DNA of 63,813 bases, filler included, from Squatina squatina (GCA_031763465.1; 4 parts of 4 records of this genome joined end to end with filler, not necessarily neighbours in it), one strand, 5' to 3'; positions 38,460 to 51,136 are shown, counted from the whole stretch's first letter. The notes: generated by a model not told the origin, from the letters alone. Program-made: numbers and translations.

Positions 38460-38760
38460 TTCATCTAAAGAGGTACGCAGATTATGAGCAATAGTCAGTT
38501 TCATAAATTGAAATTCTTTGAGGAAGTAACTAGCTAGAGGATGTGGATGATCCAGTAGATGTAATTTACTTGAATTTCTAGAAATTATTTGCTAAAGTTC
38601 CACCTTTGAGATTTTTTAAAGAATGTTAAGGCTCATGTAATTGATGGCAAGTTAGTTAGCTTGAATGAAAACTCGTTTAACAATAGGATCCAAAGGATAA
38701 TTGGAAAACGCTTCATCGGGGAGAAGTGAACAGTGGAGTTCCACATAGGGCCATGCTTTA
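38460..38760 (+). mobile_element. degraded CR1-like RT fragment
   Basis: FFEEVTS...VDVIYLNF*KLFAKVP and VNSGVP resemble CR1 RT motifs (YLDFQKAFDKVPH, SGVPQG). Confidence 0.75.
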
Positions 38761-39320
38761 CAAAGCTACTATAATTCTTTCAGGGGCAACTGAACAAGAG
38801 TAATGTGGTAGATGTAGATGTGCAAGTAAGGTAGAGTCAGAGACCAGAACTGTCCAACCCTTCCTAAAAGCACGACTCCCAAATGCTTGGCAGTGGCTTC
38901 AGGCTTATGGGCTTCACAGGAGTAAAAAGAAACAATAAATTCAATGGCTGTCAGCAAGATGATGCCAGAATCTAGTTGATGTTTACATTCAGTCTCAAGG
39001 CGTGCCCTCATTATTTTTTAACTTTCTATTAAAACCACTCACAACATTATAAAACCAAAAATAAACTGTTAATTCTCAGGATAAAAAAACCCACAAATAA
39101 AGAAAACACAGAGCCTGACTTCTGGAGCAGAGAGATACAATACATGACAGAGTGGTTCTCCGGTATTGAAAGAAAGAACAATTCAGTACTCGGGCAATCG
39201 TAGATTCTCAAAAAATCACCTGCTGGTAAAATCTAGGAAACACAAGGCCAGGTAAGAATTGTCCAACAGTCTGCAAAATAAAGCAATTAAATGTTAAAAA
39301 AAAAAGTTCATGTTATTCAC

Positions 39321-39589
39321 CTGCGTATAATAGAGCTTGAATACGATCCTTTATAGAGTCAATGTAAGGGTTAGAGGCAGTAAGCAGAGGCGTAGTGCCA
39401 TTGGGTGCCGGAACTATCAAAGGGCCTACCAAAAATGCACAAGCCCCACCAAAGTAGTTGAACAGCGATGCAATGGCAGTGGCTGTAGCTCGCTGGTCTG
39501 GAGGGAACCAGGTTGTCGAGAGAAATGGAGGAGCGTTCACAACGGCAGGACCAGCTAATCCATTGAGCAGCTGTCCAGTGTGGATCAAC
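39321..39589 (-). CDS. SLC49A4: SLC49A4/DIRC2 MFS transporter, early exon
   Basis: ttttag|.[65 protein letters not shown]...IQALLYA|gtgaat. Confidence 0.93.
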
Positions 39590-40441
39590 CTAAAAGCATA
39601 GGACAAAAATTACAACAGTGAATAGGCGTCAACATTCACTATGTGTATTAATGTCGATGAAATCTTGAAAATTATTAATAAGTATCAGAATTTCAAAAAA
39701 ATTAAAAATGAAAGGCAATATGAAATTAAAACAAGGACTGTGCTAAAGAATAAAGCCAGCTATGAAGCAAAATTTGAAACAGCATCTCTTCAGAAGCAAT
39801 GAAGAACTCTCAGTCTAAAGCCAGCAGGTGCTCCAGTCGAGTCCAGTCAGGACTAGTTATTCATCCCACAGGTTTAGTATCTTATGCAGGTGCTTAATGT
39901 TTGTAATAGTAAAGAGAAATGGCCAATAAAGATATGGTGCATTAAAGTACGAAAGCCCATTTGTTGAAACTACCTTCGACATTGGTACCAAGCCAAATAG
40001 TTGAAATAGCCTTTTTGGAAACATTTCATCTTGCGCAGTGCCAAGAACATTTTCAAAAGGCTTCACAGTCATCCTTGGTTGGCCAGGACAATTGCAGCTT
40101 TGTCAGCCTGAACAAAATGGCAACTCAATAATGCTTTAAACCCCATGACAACACGTTGACAAATCAGTAGATTACTTCAGCGGTGATAAAAAAAATGCTT
40201 AAAGAACATAGTGCACTATAGTGAGGCATTGCTCAGGAATGCATTCAACACCAGGTACCACTGACATTTCTTTTCAAGCACCCATTTGTAAAGGAGAAAG
40301 GAGCCCACTATTGCAACTAGAACATCTCAATAAATTAATTGACCAAAGGCACATTAGTGTACCTGAAAGGGGACAAATTCTTACCTTTTAATTTGCTAGT
40401 ACAAATTGTAATCTGCAATGGAGTCCACCATCACAAAGATT

Positions 40442-41050
40442 AGAATCATAGAGCACAGAAGGAGGCCATTCAGCTCATCGTGCCTGCTCTTCGAAATTAG
40501 TCCCATTCCCCAGCAAGTTTTTCCTTTTCAAGTGCTTAGCCAATTAACTTTTGAAAGTTACGACTGAATCAGCTTCCACCACCCTTTCAGGCAGTAAGTT
40601 AAAAAAAAAAATTCTCATCTNNNNNNNNNNNNNNNNNNNNNNNNNNNNNNNNNNNNNNNNNNNNNNNNNNNNNNNNNNNNNNNNNNNNNNNNNNNNNNNN
40701 NNNNNNNNNNNNNNNNNNNNTCTTCAGCATTTTCCAAAGTGCTTCAGTCAATGAAATGGAATCATAGAATCAAAGATCACAGAAGGAGGCCCTTCAACCC
40801 ATCATGCCTGTGCTGGCTGTTTGAAAGAGCTATCTAATGCATCCTATTCCTCTGCTCTTATCCCATTGCCCTGCAAATGTTTCCCCTTCAAATTACTTTT
40901 GAAGTGTCATCACTGCAATTTTGTAAGCGGCCAATTTGCCTACAACAAGCTTCTACAAACAGCAGTGAGATGAATGACCAGTTAATATATTTTGGTAGAG
41001 TTGGCTGAGTGAGTAATGCTTGCCAGGACACTGGGAGAGCTCCCTGCTTT
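40442..41050 (-). mobile_element. nested CR1 3'-end and Deu-SINE fragments
   Basis: Two agaatcataga..cacagaaggaggcc tails; 40900-41050 resembles the reverse complement of the Deu-SINE at 42130-42290. Confidence 0.6.
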
Positions 41051-41464
41051 TATGCCCATCTGAATAAATTAACATTGATTTTTGAAACATTCTGCCCCTG
41101 ACCTGACTTTGTTAAAAGGCATAGGACTTAATTTTTCAGTAGCTGAGCTGTTGCAGCATCATTCTTTCATACAGTTGATGGATTAATTACAATTACACTG
41201 AGTACTTATTCATCTATTCATTTAATTGAATGCACAGCAAAGTGAAAAACATTCATTTCTCTCTGAACCTCCTGGGCATGTTTTTGTTTTTCCAATTTAA
41301 AATATGACAGTCAGAATCACTGTTCTTCATCATGTCACATTAATAGGTTAAGAGTGAAGGAGGTTTTAAAGTATTAAAGTTAAAAGTAATTCTGCTCCAG
41401 AAGCTTGTGATTTTTCTCAAACAAGTTAGGATGTTTAAAGCAAAGCAAAGGGGATAGGATGGGT

Positions 41465-41795
41465 CAGTGTTTTTTTGGAGGATGTGTGTGTTTTTGGATG
41501 GTGTGTGTGTGTTTTGGAGGTTTTGTATGTGTGTGTGTTTTAGAGGTTGTGCCTATTTGTGTATGGAGATTATGTGTTTGTGTGTGTGTTTTGGATGTTG
41601 TGTGAGTTTGTGTTTTGGGGTGTGTGTGTGTGTGTGTTTTGGATGATGTGTGTTTGTTTTGGTGTGTTTTTGATATTGTGTGTTTTGGACTGCGACTGTT
41701 TGTTTAGGAAGGTGTGTGTGTGTGTTTTGGAGGGTGTGTATGTGTGTGTTTTGGCACGTGTTTTGGTGTGGGTGCATGTTTTGCTGGATGTGATT
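41465..41795 (+). repeat. degenerate GT-rich tandem repeat, roughly (gtgtgtgtgttttgga)n
   Basis: Recurring gttttgga motif separated by (gt)n runs. Confidence 0.85.
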
Positions 41796-42003
41796 NNNNN
41801 NNNNNNNNNNNNNNNNNNNNNNNNNNNNNNNNNNNNNNNNNNNNNNNNNNNNNNNNNNNNNNNNNNNNNNNNNNNNNNNNNNNNNNNNNNNNNNNATAAC
41901 ATGAAATGTTTAACTTCAGGAATCAATGAAATATGGATCGTGAAGTTAACGAAATACTCATTTTGCTTGCGTGGGGGCTCTTGCTGCAGGTATCCATTTG
42001 GAT

Positions 42004-42367
42004 CCAGTGCCAGTGCTGAGGGAGTGCTGCACTGTCGGAGGTGCCGTCTTTCGGATGAGACGTTAAACCGAAGCCCTATCTGCTCTCAAGTGGATGTAAA
42101 AGATCCCAAGGCACTATTTCGAAGAAGAGCAGGGGAGTTATCCCCGGTGGCCTGGCCTATACTTATCCCTCAATCAACATAACAAAAACAGATTATCTGG
42201 TCATTATCACGTTGCTGTTTGTGGGGGCTTGCTGTGCACAAATTGGCTGCCCCGATTCCTACAGTACAACAGTGACTACACTTCAAAAGTACTTAATTGG
42301 CAGTAAAGCGCTTTGGGACATCCTGAGGTCATGAAAGGCGCTATATAAATGCAAATCTTTTCTTTCT
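42004..42367 (+). mobile_element. Deu-domain SINE (SacSINE1/AmnSINE1 superfamily), 5'-truncated
   Basis: gagggagtgctgcactgtcggaggtgccgtctttcggatgagacgttaaaccga...aaagatccca.ggcactattt is the Deu core; L2-like tail gaaaggcgctatataaatgcaaatctttcttt. Confidence 0.85.
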
Positions 42368-43009
42368 AATATGTGCAACAGGAAGAAACAGCAGACTTTC
42401 CCAGTCTCTCTTTTTCAGATCCAGTTTTTAAAAAAAAACAGAATAAAAATTATTTCCTCAGCTTCTTCCGTACTGCTTGATTTATTATTTTTCCTTGTGG
42501 TATTATACAGGGAATGTTGAAGTGTTTTGTTTTGCCCGTTGTTAATCCTTTCAGTCTCAATGGAGTTTTGATAGATTAAACAGTGTTGATATGCTCTTCT
42601 GGAAGAAACAGGCGGTGCGTGAATTGCACCAAGAGCACATTTAGTGGCTTCTCAAGACAGGATTTGTTTCTCCTAAATCAAATTAGAAATTGTACAGAGC
42701 ATGACCTTTTCCCGGAAGTTGGTTGCATCTCATCAGCAGCAGTCATCTTTAGAACATGGGTCATTTGTGATATTTTCATTCGCCTTTTATGCTAAATTCT
42801 GATGGAACTGCTGACCCATTCAGCTTCACTTTTTCTTCAACAATCATGAAACTGTTGTCATGGTTGCGCTGTGTATTGTAATGCACGTAGACTATTGTAA
42901 TCTAATTCAATCCTGATTTTGGCATTTAAATTTTTACATAGATTTTAATTTCCCACACAGACTGAGAGAAGCAGAACAGCTCACGTAGTAAAAAGAAAAA
43001 AAAAGTAAG

Positions 43010-43121
43010 AGGTTACAGCGCCTTTCACGACCGCCGGACGTCCCAAAGTGCTTTCCAGGCAATGAAGTACTTCTTGAAGTGTAGTTACTGTTGTAATGTA
43101 GGAAACGCAGCAGCCAATTTG
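43010..43121 (-). mobile_element. Deu-SINE 3' fragment
   Basis: Reverse complement of ~42240-42345; similar tails at 46207-46284 and 47980-48060. Confidence 0.8.
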
Positions 43122-43274
43122 NNNNNNNNNNNNNNNNNNNNNNNNNNNNNNNNNNNNNNNNNNNNNNNNNNNNNNNNNNNNNNNNNNNNNNNNNNNNNNN
43201 NNNNNNNNNNNNNNNNNNNNNGCTTGTTGCTGAGTGGAAGCAATGCTAAGGGAATTACAATTTATCACCAAACC

Positions 43275-43570
43275 ATAAAAAGGTACAGCAGAGAAGAGGC
43301 CATTCGGCCCATCGTGCCTCTTTGAAAGAGTTATCTAATTAGTCCCACTTCCCTGCTCTTTCCCCATACTCCTACAATATTTACCCCTTCAAGTATTTAT
43401 TGAATTTCCTATTGAAAGTGACGATTGAATCTGTTTCCACCATCCTTTTAGACAGTGCATCCCAGATCATAATAACTCAGTGCATTTAAAAAAAAATCTT
43501 GTTTTCCCCTCTAGTTCATTTGACAATTACCTTCAATCTGTATCCTCTGGTTTACCGACCCTCCTGCCAC
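43275..43570 (-). mobile_element. CR1-like 3' end
   Basis: Similar to 50196-50499 (gaggccattcggcccatcgtgcct...tccaccatccttt). Confidence 0.75.
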
Positions 43571-44169
43571 AGTATGACACTTGAATTGACCAACAAGCAT
43601 AAAAAGTAGAGGGGTAGAATCTTGCTACTTTGCTTTTGCAAAGGAGTCTGGAATTGGAAAGGGAAGATTCCACGTGTTTGGTGCGAACAGCTAGTTAAAA
43701 AAAAAATTGAAGTACTTGAAAACACTCTGCATCTGGTACAAGCTAAGAATATTAATAAAAAGTAACCAACACATGATCTCATCTAGTTGGCAGCATTCGG
43801 GTTATGATCATGCCTAGATGACATCAGCATTATTACACCTAACAAATTGATTTGTGTAATTTCCCTCAAGACCGGCTTGTTAACAGGCAAAAGATCCCAG
43901 TTTTTAATTTAAACATGATGTAGGTGACAAAATGGGTTTTGATAACAAGTTGTGAAGAAATGTGCAGTGTCTGCGCTGAACGATAAAACGCATTTGAAAA
44001 AGGAAGAAGTGGAATACAGGCAGGGAAGGGGGCTAGAAGTCCAGTTGAATTCTGATGTTTGTGTCTTGGNNNNNNNNNNNNNNNNNNNNNNNNNNNNNNN
44101 NNNNNNNNNNNNNNNNNNNNNNNNNNNNNNNNNNNNNNNNNNNNNNNNNNNNNNNNNNNNNNNNNNNNN

Positions 44170-44600
44170 TATCAGGACAGGTTGAATAAACTTGGCTTGT
44201 ATTCCCTTGAGTATAGAAGTTTAAGGGGTGATCTAATCGAGGTGGTTGGAATGATAAAATTATTCATTCGTGTAGATGAAGAGCAACTATTTCCTCTGCT
44301 GGGGGAATCCATAACAAGGGGGGCATAATCTTAATATTAGCACCAGGCCATTTAGGAGTATGATCAGGAAGCACTGCTCCACGCAAAGGGTAGTGGAAGT
44401 CTGGAACCCTCTCCCCCAAAAACCTGTGGCTGCTGGGAGTCAATTAAAGGTTTCAAGTCTTGGATCGATAGATTTTTTTTAGGTAAGGTTATCAAGGGCT
44501 ATGGAGCAAAGGCAGGTAAATGGGGGTGAAGTACAGATGGGCCATGATCTAATTGGATGAGGGAAGAGGCTAACTTGCGTACTCCTATTCTTATGTTCCT
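44170..44600 (+). mobile_element. CR1-like LINE ORF2 C-terminus and 3' UTR
   Basis: YQDRLNKLGLYSLEYRSLRGDLIEV motif; tail actcctattcttatgttcct. Confidence 0.85.
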
Positions 44601-45166
44601 AAAAACAATACATTGCAGATTTTCACATCTGACCATTCAGATTCATAGCCAAAAGGGTAAGCCACAGTTACGTCATTGATCTGTCCTGGTGCTTAAAAGG
44701 GAAGTCTCACTCTCTGAGCTCTTTTTAAAGAGGGAGTCGCCATTTGACACCATCTGAGGAGGAAGATGTGTGCGTTGTTGCGATAGAGACACATGGATAA
44801 AATGAGTCCTTCAATGCTCCGATCATCTCCAAAGCAAAATGGTGAAAATTCACGTTTCCACATCCAGTGTTGGAAACTGAGAAGGTAGCAGCCTAGTCAG
44901 GGCAGATGCCTTGGAGTGAGTTTAGAAAATAAAAACAATATAGGTGTAGTAATTGTGACTTCAAGTCCTGGTCAGGAGGCTTGGGTCACTCTTAACATAG
45001 TGTTTAGAACTGAACGAAATGGGTCATAGTTGAGGATGGAGACCTGGTGTTGGTCATGTTAAAATGCTTTTTGTGCTGCTGCGCATGCTTTGGGAGAGAG
45101 GCACAGCTCACCCTTTTTTACCCGAGTGATAGCAGTGTTTCTGATTCTGTTCCCTTCCGTTACCAG

Positions 45167-45277
45167 GGTGATGATGATGAAGCCAGAGTTGGGGAGGCGT
45201 TGACTCGCGCTGTCGTCTGTGCTCTGAAGTCTGCAGATCCTTGCGCTGATACTGCCAGCTGGCTGAATACCACAGAG
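45167..45277 (+). CDS. HSPBAP1: HSPB1-associated protein 1 (JmjC family), internal exon
   Basis: taccag|GDDDEARVGEALTRAVVCALKSADPCADTASWLNTTE|gtgcgt; 111 bp, phase 0; resembles ARVEEAITRMLVCALK...WLNPTE; head-to-head with SLC49A4. Confidence 0.85.
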
Positions 45278-46384
45278 GTGCGTGAATCTGTGTTTTAGTC
45301 TGTTGGAGCTTTGATTATGGTTACCATATTCGAAAATGTAGTATATACCATCAAGCATTAAATTTACCAATTATAGGCATTTTATGAATTAACTATTGGT
45401 GTCATGAGCAAACACACAGAAACTGCTATGCGGAGAGGTTGCAAAAGTTAGGACNNNNNNNNNNNNNNNNNNNNNNNNNNNNNNNNNNNNNNNNNNNNNN
45501 NNNNNNNNNNNNNNNNNNNNNNNNNNNNNNNNNNNNNNNNNNNNNNNNNNNNNNGCTGCGGCTCACGCATGCGCGGTTGCACGCTGCTGGCGCTGCCATG
45601 CTATGCTGGCCTGAAGTGGCCTCAAAGAGGTCAAGGCCTTGAAGCAGTGCCCCGCTGTTAGTGGAGCGCATTCCAGGCTGAGCGACCCGAATGCTGTGGC
45701 CCGTTTGGGCACAGCCGAATTGGGGTCCCTCAGCTTTGATGCCTAAGCTAAAATCAGAAGGCAAGGAAAACTTCTATTCAAGTTATGTAGAACACTAGAT
45801 GGCAAAGGGTTGGTTCTGGGGTGCTACAGCCAAGGAGAGTCATAGTTTTGGCCTCCCTGTGATTCAAATGTATGTCTAGAGCTTTGTGAAAGTCGCCTCG
45901 TTCCACTATGCAATAGTCATTTTTGGCATCCATTCTGATGTAGAAGGATGTGCAGAATGGAAACAATTGATTTAATGTCACGGTTCATGAAAGATACTTA
46001 GAAGATCAATTCTCCCTTTCGTGCCATAAATCCTCCATAGGGATTGAATCTAGTTTTCCATAAGCTCACACAGCCCTCTATTGAGTCTCAAGTCTCCAGA
46101 TAGCTCAAGGTTCTGACTTAGAAAGGAAGTAGTTACCCGAGAAGACTCAAGGAGCAACAAGCTCTGGTCGTTGACTAATTTAATCTTATCAGGCTCAAGA
46201 AGGAAAAGAAAGACTTGCATTTATATAGCACCTTTCATGACCTCAGGATGTCCCAAAGCGCTTTACACCCAATGAAGTACTTTTNNNNNNNNNNNNNNNN
46301 NNNNNNNNNNNNNNNNNNNNNNNNNNNNNNNNNNNNNNNNNNNNNNNNNNNNNNNNNNNNNNNNNNNNNNNNNNNNNNNNNNNN

Positions 46385-46655
46385 TCTCGCTGCTGCCTCT
46401 AGCCTTCTCGCAGTTCCGCGCTCCCTGTTGGGTGCTGGGCCTCTCGCTGCTGCCTCTAGCCCCCTCGCAGGTACGTGCTCCCTGTGGAGTACTGAGCCTC
46501 TCGCTGCTGCCTCTAGCCCCCTCGCAGGTCCGCGCTCCCTGTGGGGTGCTGGGCCTCTCACTGCTGCCTCTAGCGTCCTCGCAGGTCCGCGTTCCCTGTG
46601 GAGTACTGAGCCTCTCGCTGCTGCCTCTCGCCCCCTCGCAGGTCCGCGCCCACTG
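46385..46655 (+). repeat. 57-bp GC-rich minisatellite, ~4.7 copies
   Basis: Units start at 46385, 46442, 46499, 46556 and 46613. Confidence 0.9.
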
Positions 46656-46659
46656 TCGG

Positions 46660-46783
46660 GCGGTATCGCCTTATGTGGCTCGGTTTCAAATTTTATTGGA
46701 TAACGCTCCTGTGAACCCCCCTGGGACGTTTTACTACGTTAAAGGTGCTATTTAAATACAAGTTGTTGTTGTTATTGTTGTTG
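46660..46783 (+). mobile_element. L2-like 3' UTR with (ttg)n tail
   Basis: Matches 37490-37585. Confidence 0.7.
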
Positions 46784-46871
46784 AATTATGCGATCCAAGC
46801 TGGGATACTACAAGTGGAATCAGTGTGTGTGTGGTTTGAAATGGAAAAAAATGGCAAAGCAGTTCCATTCT

Positions 46872-46999
46872 TGGGGATTGTCCCATGAGGAGAGATTGAG
46901 TAGACTGGGCCTGTGTTCTCTAGAGTTTAGAAGAGTGAGAGGTGATCTCATTAAAACATGTAACATTTTTACAGGGATCGACAGGGTAGATGCAGGGAG
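46872..46999 (+). mobile_element. CR1-like ORF2 C-terminal fragment
   Basis: GLSHEERLSRLGLCSLEFRRVRGDLIKT. Confidence 0.85.
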
Positions 47000-47099
47000 N
47001 NNNNNNNNNNNNNNNNNNNNNNNNNNNNNNNNNNNNNNNNNNNNNNNNNNNNNNNNNNNNNNNNNNNNNNNNNNNNNNNNNNNNNNNNNNNNNNNNNNN

Positions 47100-47155
47100 G
47101 GCTTGAATCCAGGACCTTCGGTCTCAGAGGCGCGAGTGCGACCCACAGAACGTCT
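47100..47155 (-). mobile_element. tRNA-derived SINE head
   Basis: Minus strand gtgggtcgcactcgcgcctctgagaccgaaggtcctggattcaagcc with a B-box-like ggattcaagcc. Confidence 0.6.
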
Positions 47156-47239
47156 GCCTCCACTCACCGTCTGGGTTCAGAGGTGACGAACGGCCAACAG
47201 GGTGAGCTACCTTGCTGGCTGTACCCCAGTATAAATTAC

Positions 47240-47572
47240 AGACTTGTTTCCCCTGGCTGATGAGTCTTGATGGACAGATAGATTTTTGGACTTTAGGGGA
47301 ATCCGGGGATATGGAGCTCAGGCAGGAAAGCGGAGTTGTGGTCGACGAGGGTGGTAGAAATTTGGAACTCTCTTCTGCAAACGGCAGTTGATGCTGGGTC
47401 AATTGTTAGTTTTAAATCTGAGTTTGATAGATTTTTGTTAACCAAAGGTGTTAAGGGATGTGGGGCAAAGGCAGGTATATGGAGTTAGGTTGGAGATCAG
47501 CCATGATCTCATTGATTGGCTGAGTATTCTCGAGGGGTCCTATGGACCACTCCTGCTCCTAATTCTTATGTC
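47240..47572 (+). mobile_element. CR1-like 3' fragments
   Basis: gatagatttttgttaaccaaagg...gatcagccatgatctc...ctcctgctcctaattcttatgt. Confidence 0.7.
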
Positions 47573-49124
47573 CGGGCTGGGAGAAAAACGATCATATATA
47601 TTTTTAACTATTTATTGAATACTTGTTGCATGAAACTCCAGTCACACCAGTAAACATCAACAACAGAAACATTTAACTTCCCATTTGTGCACAAACTTTA
47701 ATTGTCAAGAGGTTAAAATTTATTCCATGTTACCTGCATCTGGTCAGGTTGTATGACAAATCCACCCTGAAATATGAGTATTCAAAATGTTAAAAACAGC
47801 ATTTAATGAGAAAGTATTGATAAGATATATTCTATTTAGTATGATCGCACTGGAAGAGATACTTGTTAATGCATACTTACAAAGTTGGCATTCATTCTGG
47901 TGGCCTGTAGAGTCCATCGAGATCCCTGGGTACAAATTAACGACAATATTAATTGTTGGCTTTGAGGTGTTAGAAGCAAAGAAAGAGCTTCCATTTATAC
48001 AGCGCCTTTCATGGCCGCAGGACATCCCAAAGAGCTTTACAGCCAATGAAATACTTTAGAATACANNNNNNNNNNNNNNNNNNNNNNNNNNNNNNNNNNN
48101 NNNNNNNNNNNNNNNNNNNNNNNNNNNNNNNNNNNNNNNNNNNNNNNNNNNNNNNNNNNNNNNNNTCTGGTGACAAGGCCCATATGATTGGATTTTTTTT
48201 GAGCGGTGATGGAAGCTGTGAGCTTACGAGCATCTAACCAGCGTATTTGCTTTGACCGCCTAGAAACGCCAACATTTAGGCCTTGCTAAAGACCCTCTCC
48301 TCTGTCTGTATTTTATGTTTTGAGGTATAAAACCCATTGCATCAACTCTTGTGGCTGTAAATCGGAACAAGAAAACAACCAAGATGGTGGCATCAGTAAT
48401 TTTAATCAAGTATAATTAGATACACATTGTAACGAGGCAGTACGTACATAGATGGATATTGCCCCAGTCCTTTGGTGAACAGGCAGTCATGTCTTGAAAC
48501 TGTCCATCCTCATGTTCCTTGCTCATGCTCTGTTCTTCCCCTGGAGGCAGTTCTTCATATACCCCCCATCCTGACTCCATGTGGTGTCCACATGACCATA
48601 ACATCATCCATCCTCAGCTAATCGGCGACACTGAAGTCCATTAACCCATATATGGACACGCTTCAAGTTTGTTTTTTGCCTTACATTTTCCAGCCAACAC
48701 AACTTTAAAACAAACTGCAGTGCGACAGTTTAGAATTGCATGGCTGGCAGTGTATGACAGAACTGTGCTGAGTGGTGCGGAGCCATACGGGCCAGATAAT
48801 CTCTCCTTCATGCCAGATCTCAGCTGGTGCATGAGTTGAGGCACGACATTAGCTCTCTGGCTCGGGGTCAGGGAGGTTTAAAAAGAAATAGACTTGTAAT
48901 TCTTGCTCCTGGATCATGTCGCAGTGACCACGTGGGTGTGGGAATGATGGCTGAGAACAGGATTGGCATTGGTGGTGATGTGGTCGAAGAGTTTGACCAG
49001 CTATACAGCAAAAAGGAAGGACAGAAATTGGACTGAAGGAGAGAAGAATTGGCGATTGGGGGAGGTGGAGATTGTTAGAGAATTGCAGTTTCTGGTATAT
49101 TGGACTAACATCTGGTTCCCCTCC

Positions 49125-49345
49125 ATAGCCAGGGTATAGGTCTGCAGTTACCCTCCATACAGTGTTTAGATCTGCGATTACCCTACATAGCCAGGATACA
49201 GGTCTGTGATTACCCCAGAGACAGTATGCAAGTCTGTGATTACCGTAGAGACAGTATGCAAGTCTGTGATTACCCAAGGTAGGCCGTGTTTAGATCTGCA
49301 ATTACCTTACATAGACGGGGTACAGGTCTACAATTACCCTCCATA
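49125..49345 (+). repeat. degenerate ~28-30 bp tandem repeat (tctg(c/t)gattaccc core)
   Basis: Core motif recurs about seven times. Confidence 0.7.
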
Positions 49346-49479
49346 CTGTTTGGCCTGGCAATTGAGAGTCTTTGCGAAGTAGTCACTGCTTTGGCTTAGA
49401 TTTTTCCATGTCTCTTAATCGTTCTTAAAATGTTGACCATTATTATGGTTATTTATTTGGGATGTTTTTGTGTTTAAAG

Positions 49480-49565
49480 GCAGAAGAAGAATTTTTAAAA
49501 GCCCAGAAAGTGTTCGAGGAAATTAATATTGACTTGCAGGAAGAGTTGCCATCACTATGGAACAG
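49480..49565 (+). CDS. BIN1: BIN1 (amphiphysin II) BAR-domain exon
   Basis: tttaaag|[28 protein letters not shown]|gtgggt; 86 bp; SLWN favours BIN1 over AMPH. Confidence 0.82.
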
Positions 49566-50195
49566 GTGGGTGGTCGGTCCTTTCGGCTGTACTGGGAGGT
49601 ACCAGAAGCTGGTACTGAGATGGCTAATGGAAGCCAGAGTCTTAATTTACCTTTTACATAAAAACAGAATCAGCTCAGCTCACTGTGACTGAATGTAGTC
49701 TTGCTCTTGGTTGCTAATTAACACCATTGTGTCAATAGTCGTGGGTAACCTAAGAGGCCCATGGAGCACGATTGACTGTCTGCTCCATCATGTGCTGCAT
49801 CACAAAGCAAAGGTTGCAAAATGTTGTAAAGTTGGAACTGTTCATGTTTTGAAGGTTTATACCATGAAACGTTAACCCATCTTTTCTGTGAACAAATGCT
49901 GACTGACTTGTGCATTTCCAGAATTTGTTTTTCTGTTTTATAGCGTGTGAATTTTTTTTCCCACGTCTGACACTTGGAACTAGTTCTATGCAAGACTCTT
50001 AAACTGTGCATTGATGGTGGATTTCAGGCAATTAAGATTCCTCTGGTTACAGAAGTGGCCAAGTGCTCAGTGCCCACTCGCAGAGTAATAATCCATTGAT
50101 CCATTGCTGCAACTCTCCTCTGTAGTCTGTATTCAAATCCCTTCACTGAAAGGCTACACGAGGGGCTTGATTTCTCCTATTTTTTCCCCTTTGGA

Positions 50196-50722
50196 TAGAA
50201 TGATACAGCACAGATGAAGGCCATTCGGCCCATCGTGCCTGTGCCGACTCTTTGAAGGCCGACTATCCAATTAGTCCCACTCCTCTTTCCCCATAGCCCT
50301 GCAAATTTTCCCCATGCAAGTATTTATCCAATTCCCTTTTGAAAGTTACAATTGGATCTGCTTCCACCGCCCTTTCAGGCAGCACGTTCCAGATCATAAC
50401 ACATCGCTGCCTTTTTAAAAAAAAAAAGTTCTCCTCTGCCCTCTGGTTCTTTTCCCAATTAACTTCAATTTGTGTCCTCTGGTTACCGACCAGTGTAAAN
50501 NNNNNNNNNNNNNNNNNNNNNNNNNNNNNNNNNNNNNNNNNNNNNNNNNNNNNNNNNNNNNNNNNNNNNNNNNNNNNNNNNNNNNNNNNNNNNNNNNNNG
50601 AATCTGGCCTTAACTCCACTTTCCTGCCTGTTCCCCATAACCTTTGACTCCCTTGCTGCTCAAAATTCTGTCTATCTCAGCCTTGAATATATTCAATGAC
50701 TCAGCCTCCACAGCTCTCTGGG
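50196..50722 (-). mobile_element. CR1-like 3' fragments either side of a gap
   Basis: WNVLPERAVEADPIVTFKRELDKYL and QRAVEAESLNIFKAEIDRIL. Confidence 0.85.
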
Positions 50723-50866
50723 TCTGGTCTGGTCTGCTCTCCCCTTCCTCAATTCGCTTAGTCTCTGGAGTGATGTTTGTTACAAAGTTAAGCATTTATT
50801 ATCCTGCATTACCTCTTTTTTCTACCTGCTTTTTTTTGCTATTGATGTCTCTTTGTGCATATACAG

Positions 50867-50995
50867 CAAAGGAAAGGCCCTCCAGTGCCCCCTCCACCAA
50901 AGGTCACACCGTCGAAGGACGTCAAGCAAGAAAATATCCTCAATCTGTTTGATGACCATTTCATCCCCGAGATAAGTGTGACGACACCTTCGCAG
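50867..50995 (+). CDS. BIN1: BIN1 neuronal alternative exon (first CLAP-domain exon)
   Basis: atacag|[43 protein letters not shown]|gttagc; 129 bp, phase 0; closer to BIN1 (PPPPK.TPSKEVKQE) than to AMPH. Confidence 0.85.
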
Positions 50996-51000
50996 GTTAG

Positions 51001-51136
51001 CCATTCCCCCGCCCACTCACCCCCGCCCTGTTATCATCTCCATCACCCTCATCTCCATCACCATCATCTTAACAAGCCCCCTACCTTCATCGCCACTTTT
51101 GTCTAATCCTCACCTATCCACGGTGCATGAAGCATG
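51001..51136 (+). promoter_or_regulatory. intronic splicing-regulatory cluster (NOVA YCAY plus RBFOX TGCATG)
   Basis: About 15 YCAY within 120 nt of the donor; TGCATG 51124-51129; GCATG 51132-51136. Confidence 0.65.

Noticed and set aside
38043-39320. Apparent missing middle exons of SLC49A4 (likewise BIN1 between 49565 and 50867)
   Set aside because: Each interval contains a 100-N gap; assembly incompleteness is the simpler explanation.
41547-42182. 211-aa Val/Cys-rich hydrophobic ORF
   Set aside because: Translation of a GT-rich repeat, a gap and a SINE.
46215-46755. Repetitive ORFs (PLAAASSPLAG...)
   Set aside because: Produced by the 57-bp (19-codon) minisatellite.
51030-51070. Poly-His-like peptide in ORF 50855-51106
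   Set aside because: It lies after the splice donor and is the intronic YCAY cluster read through.
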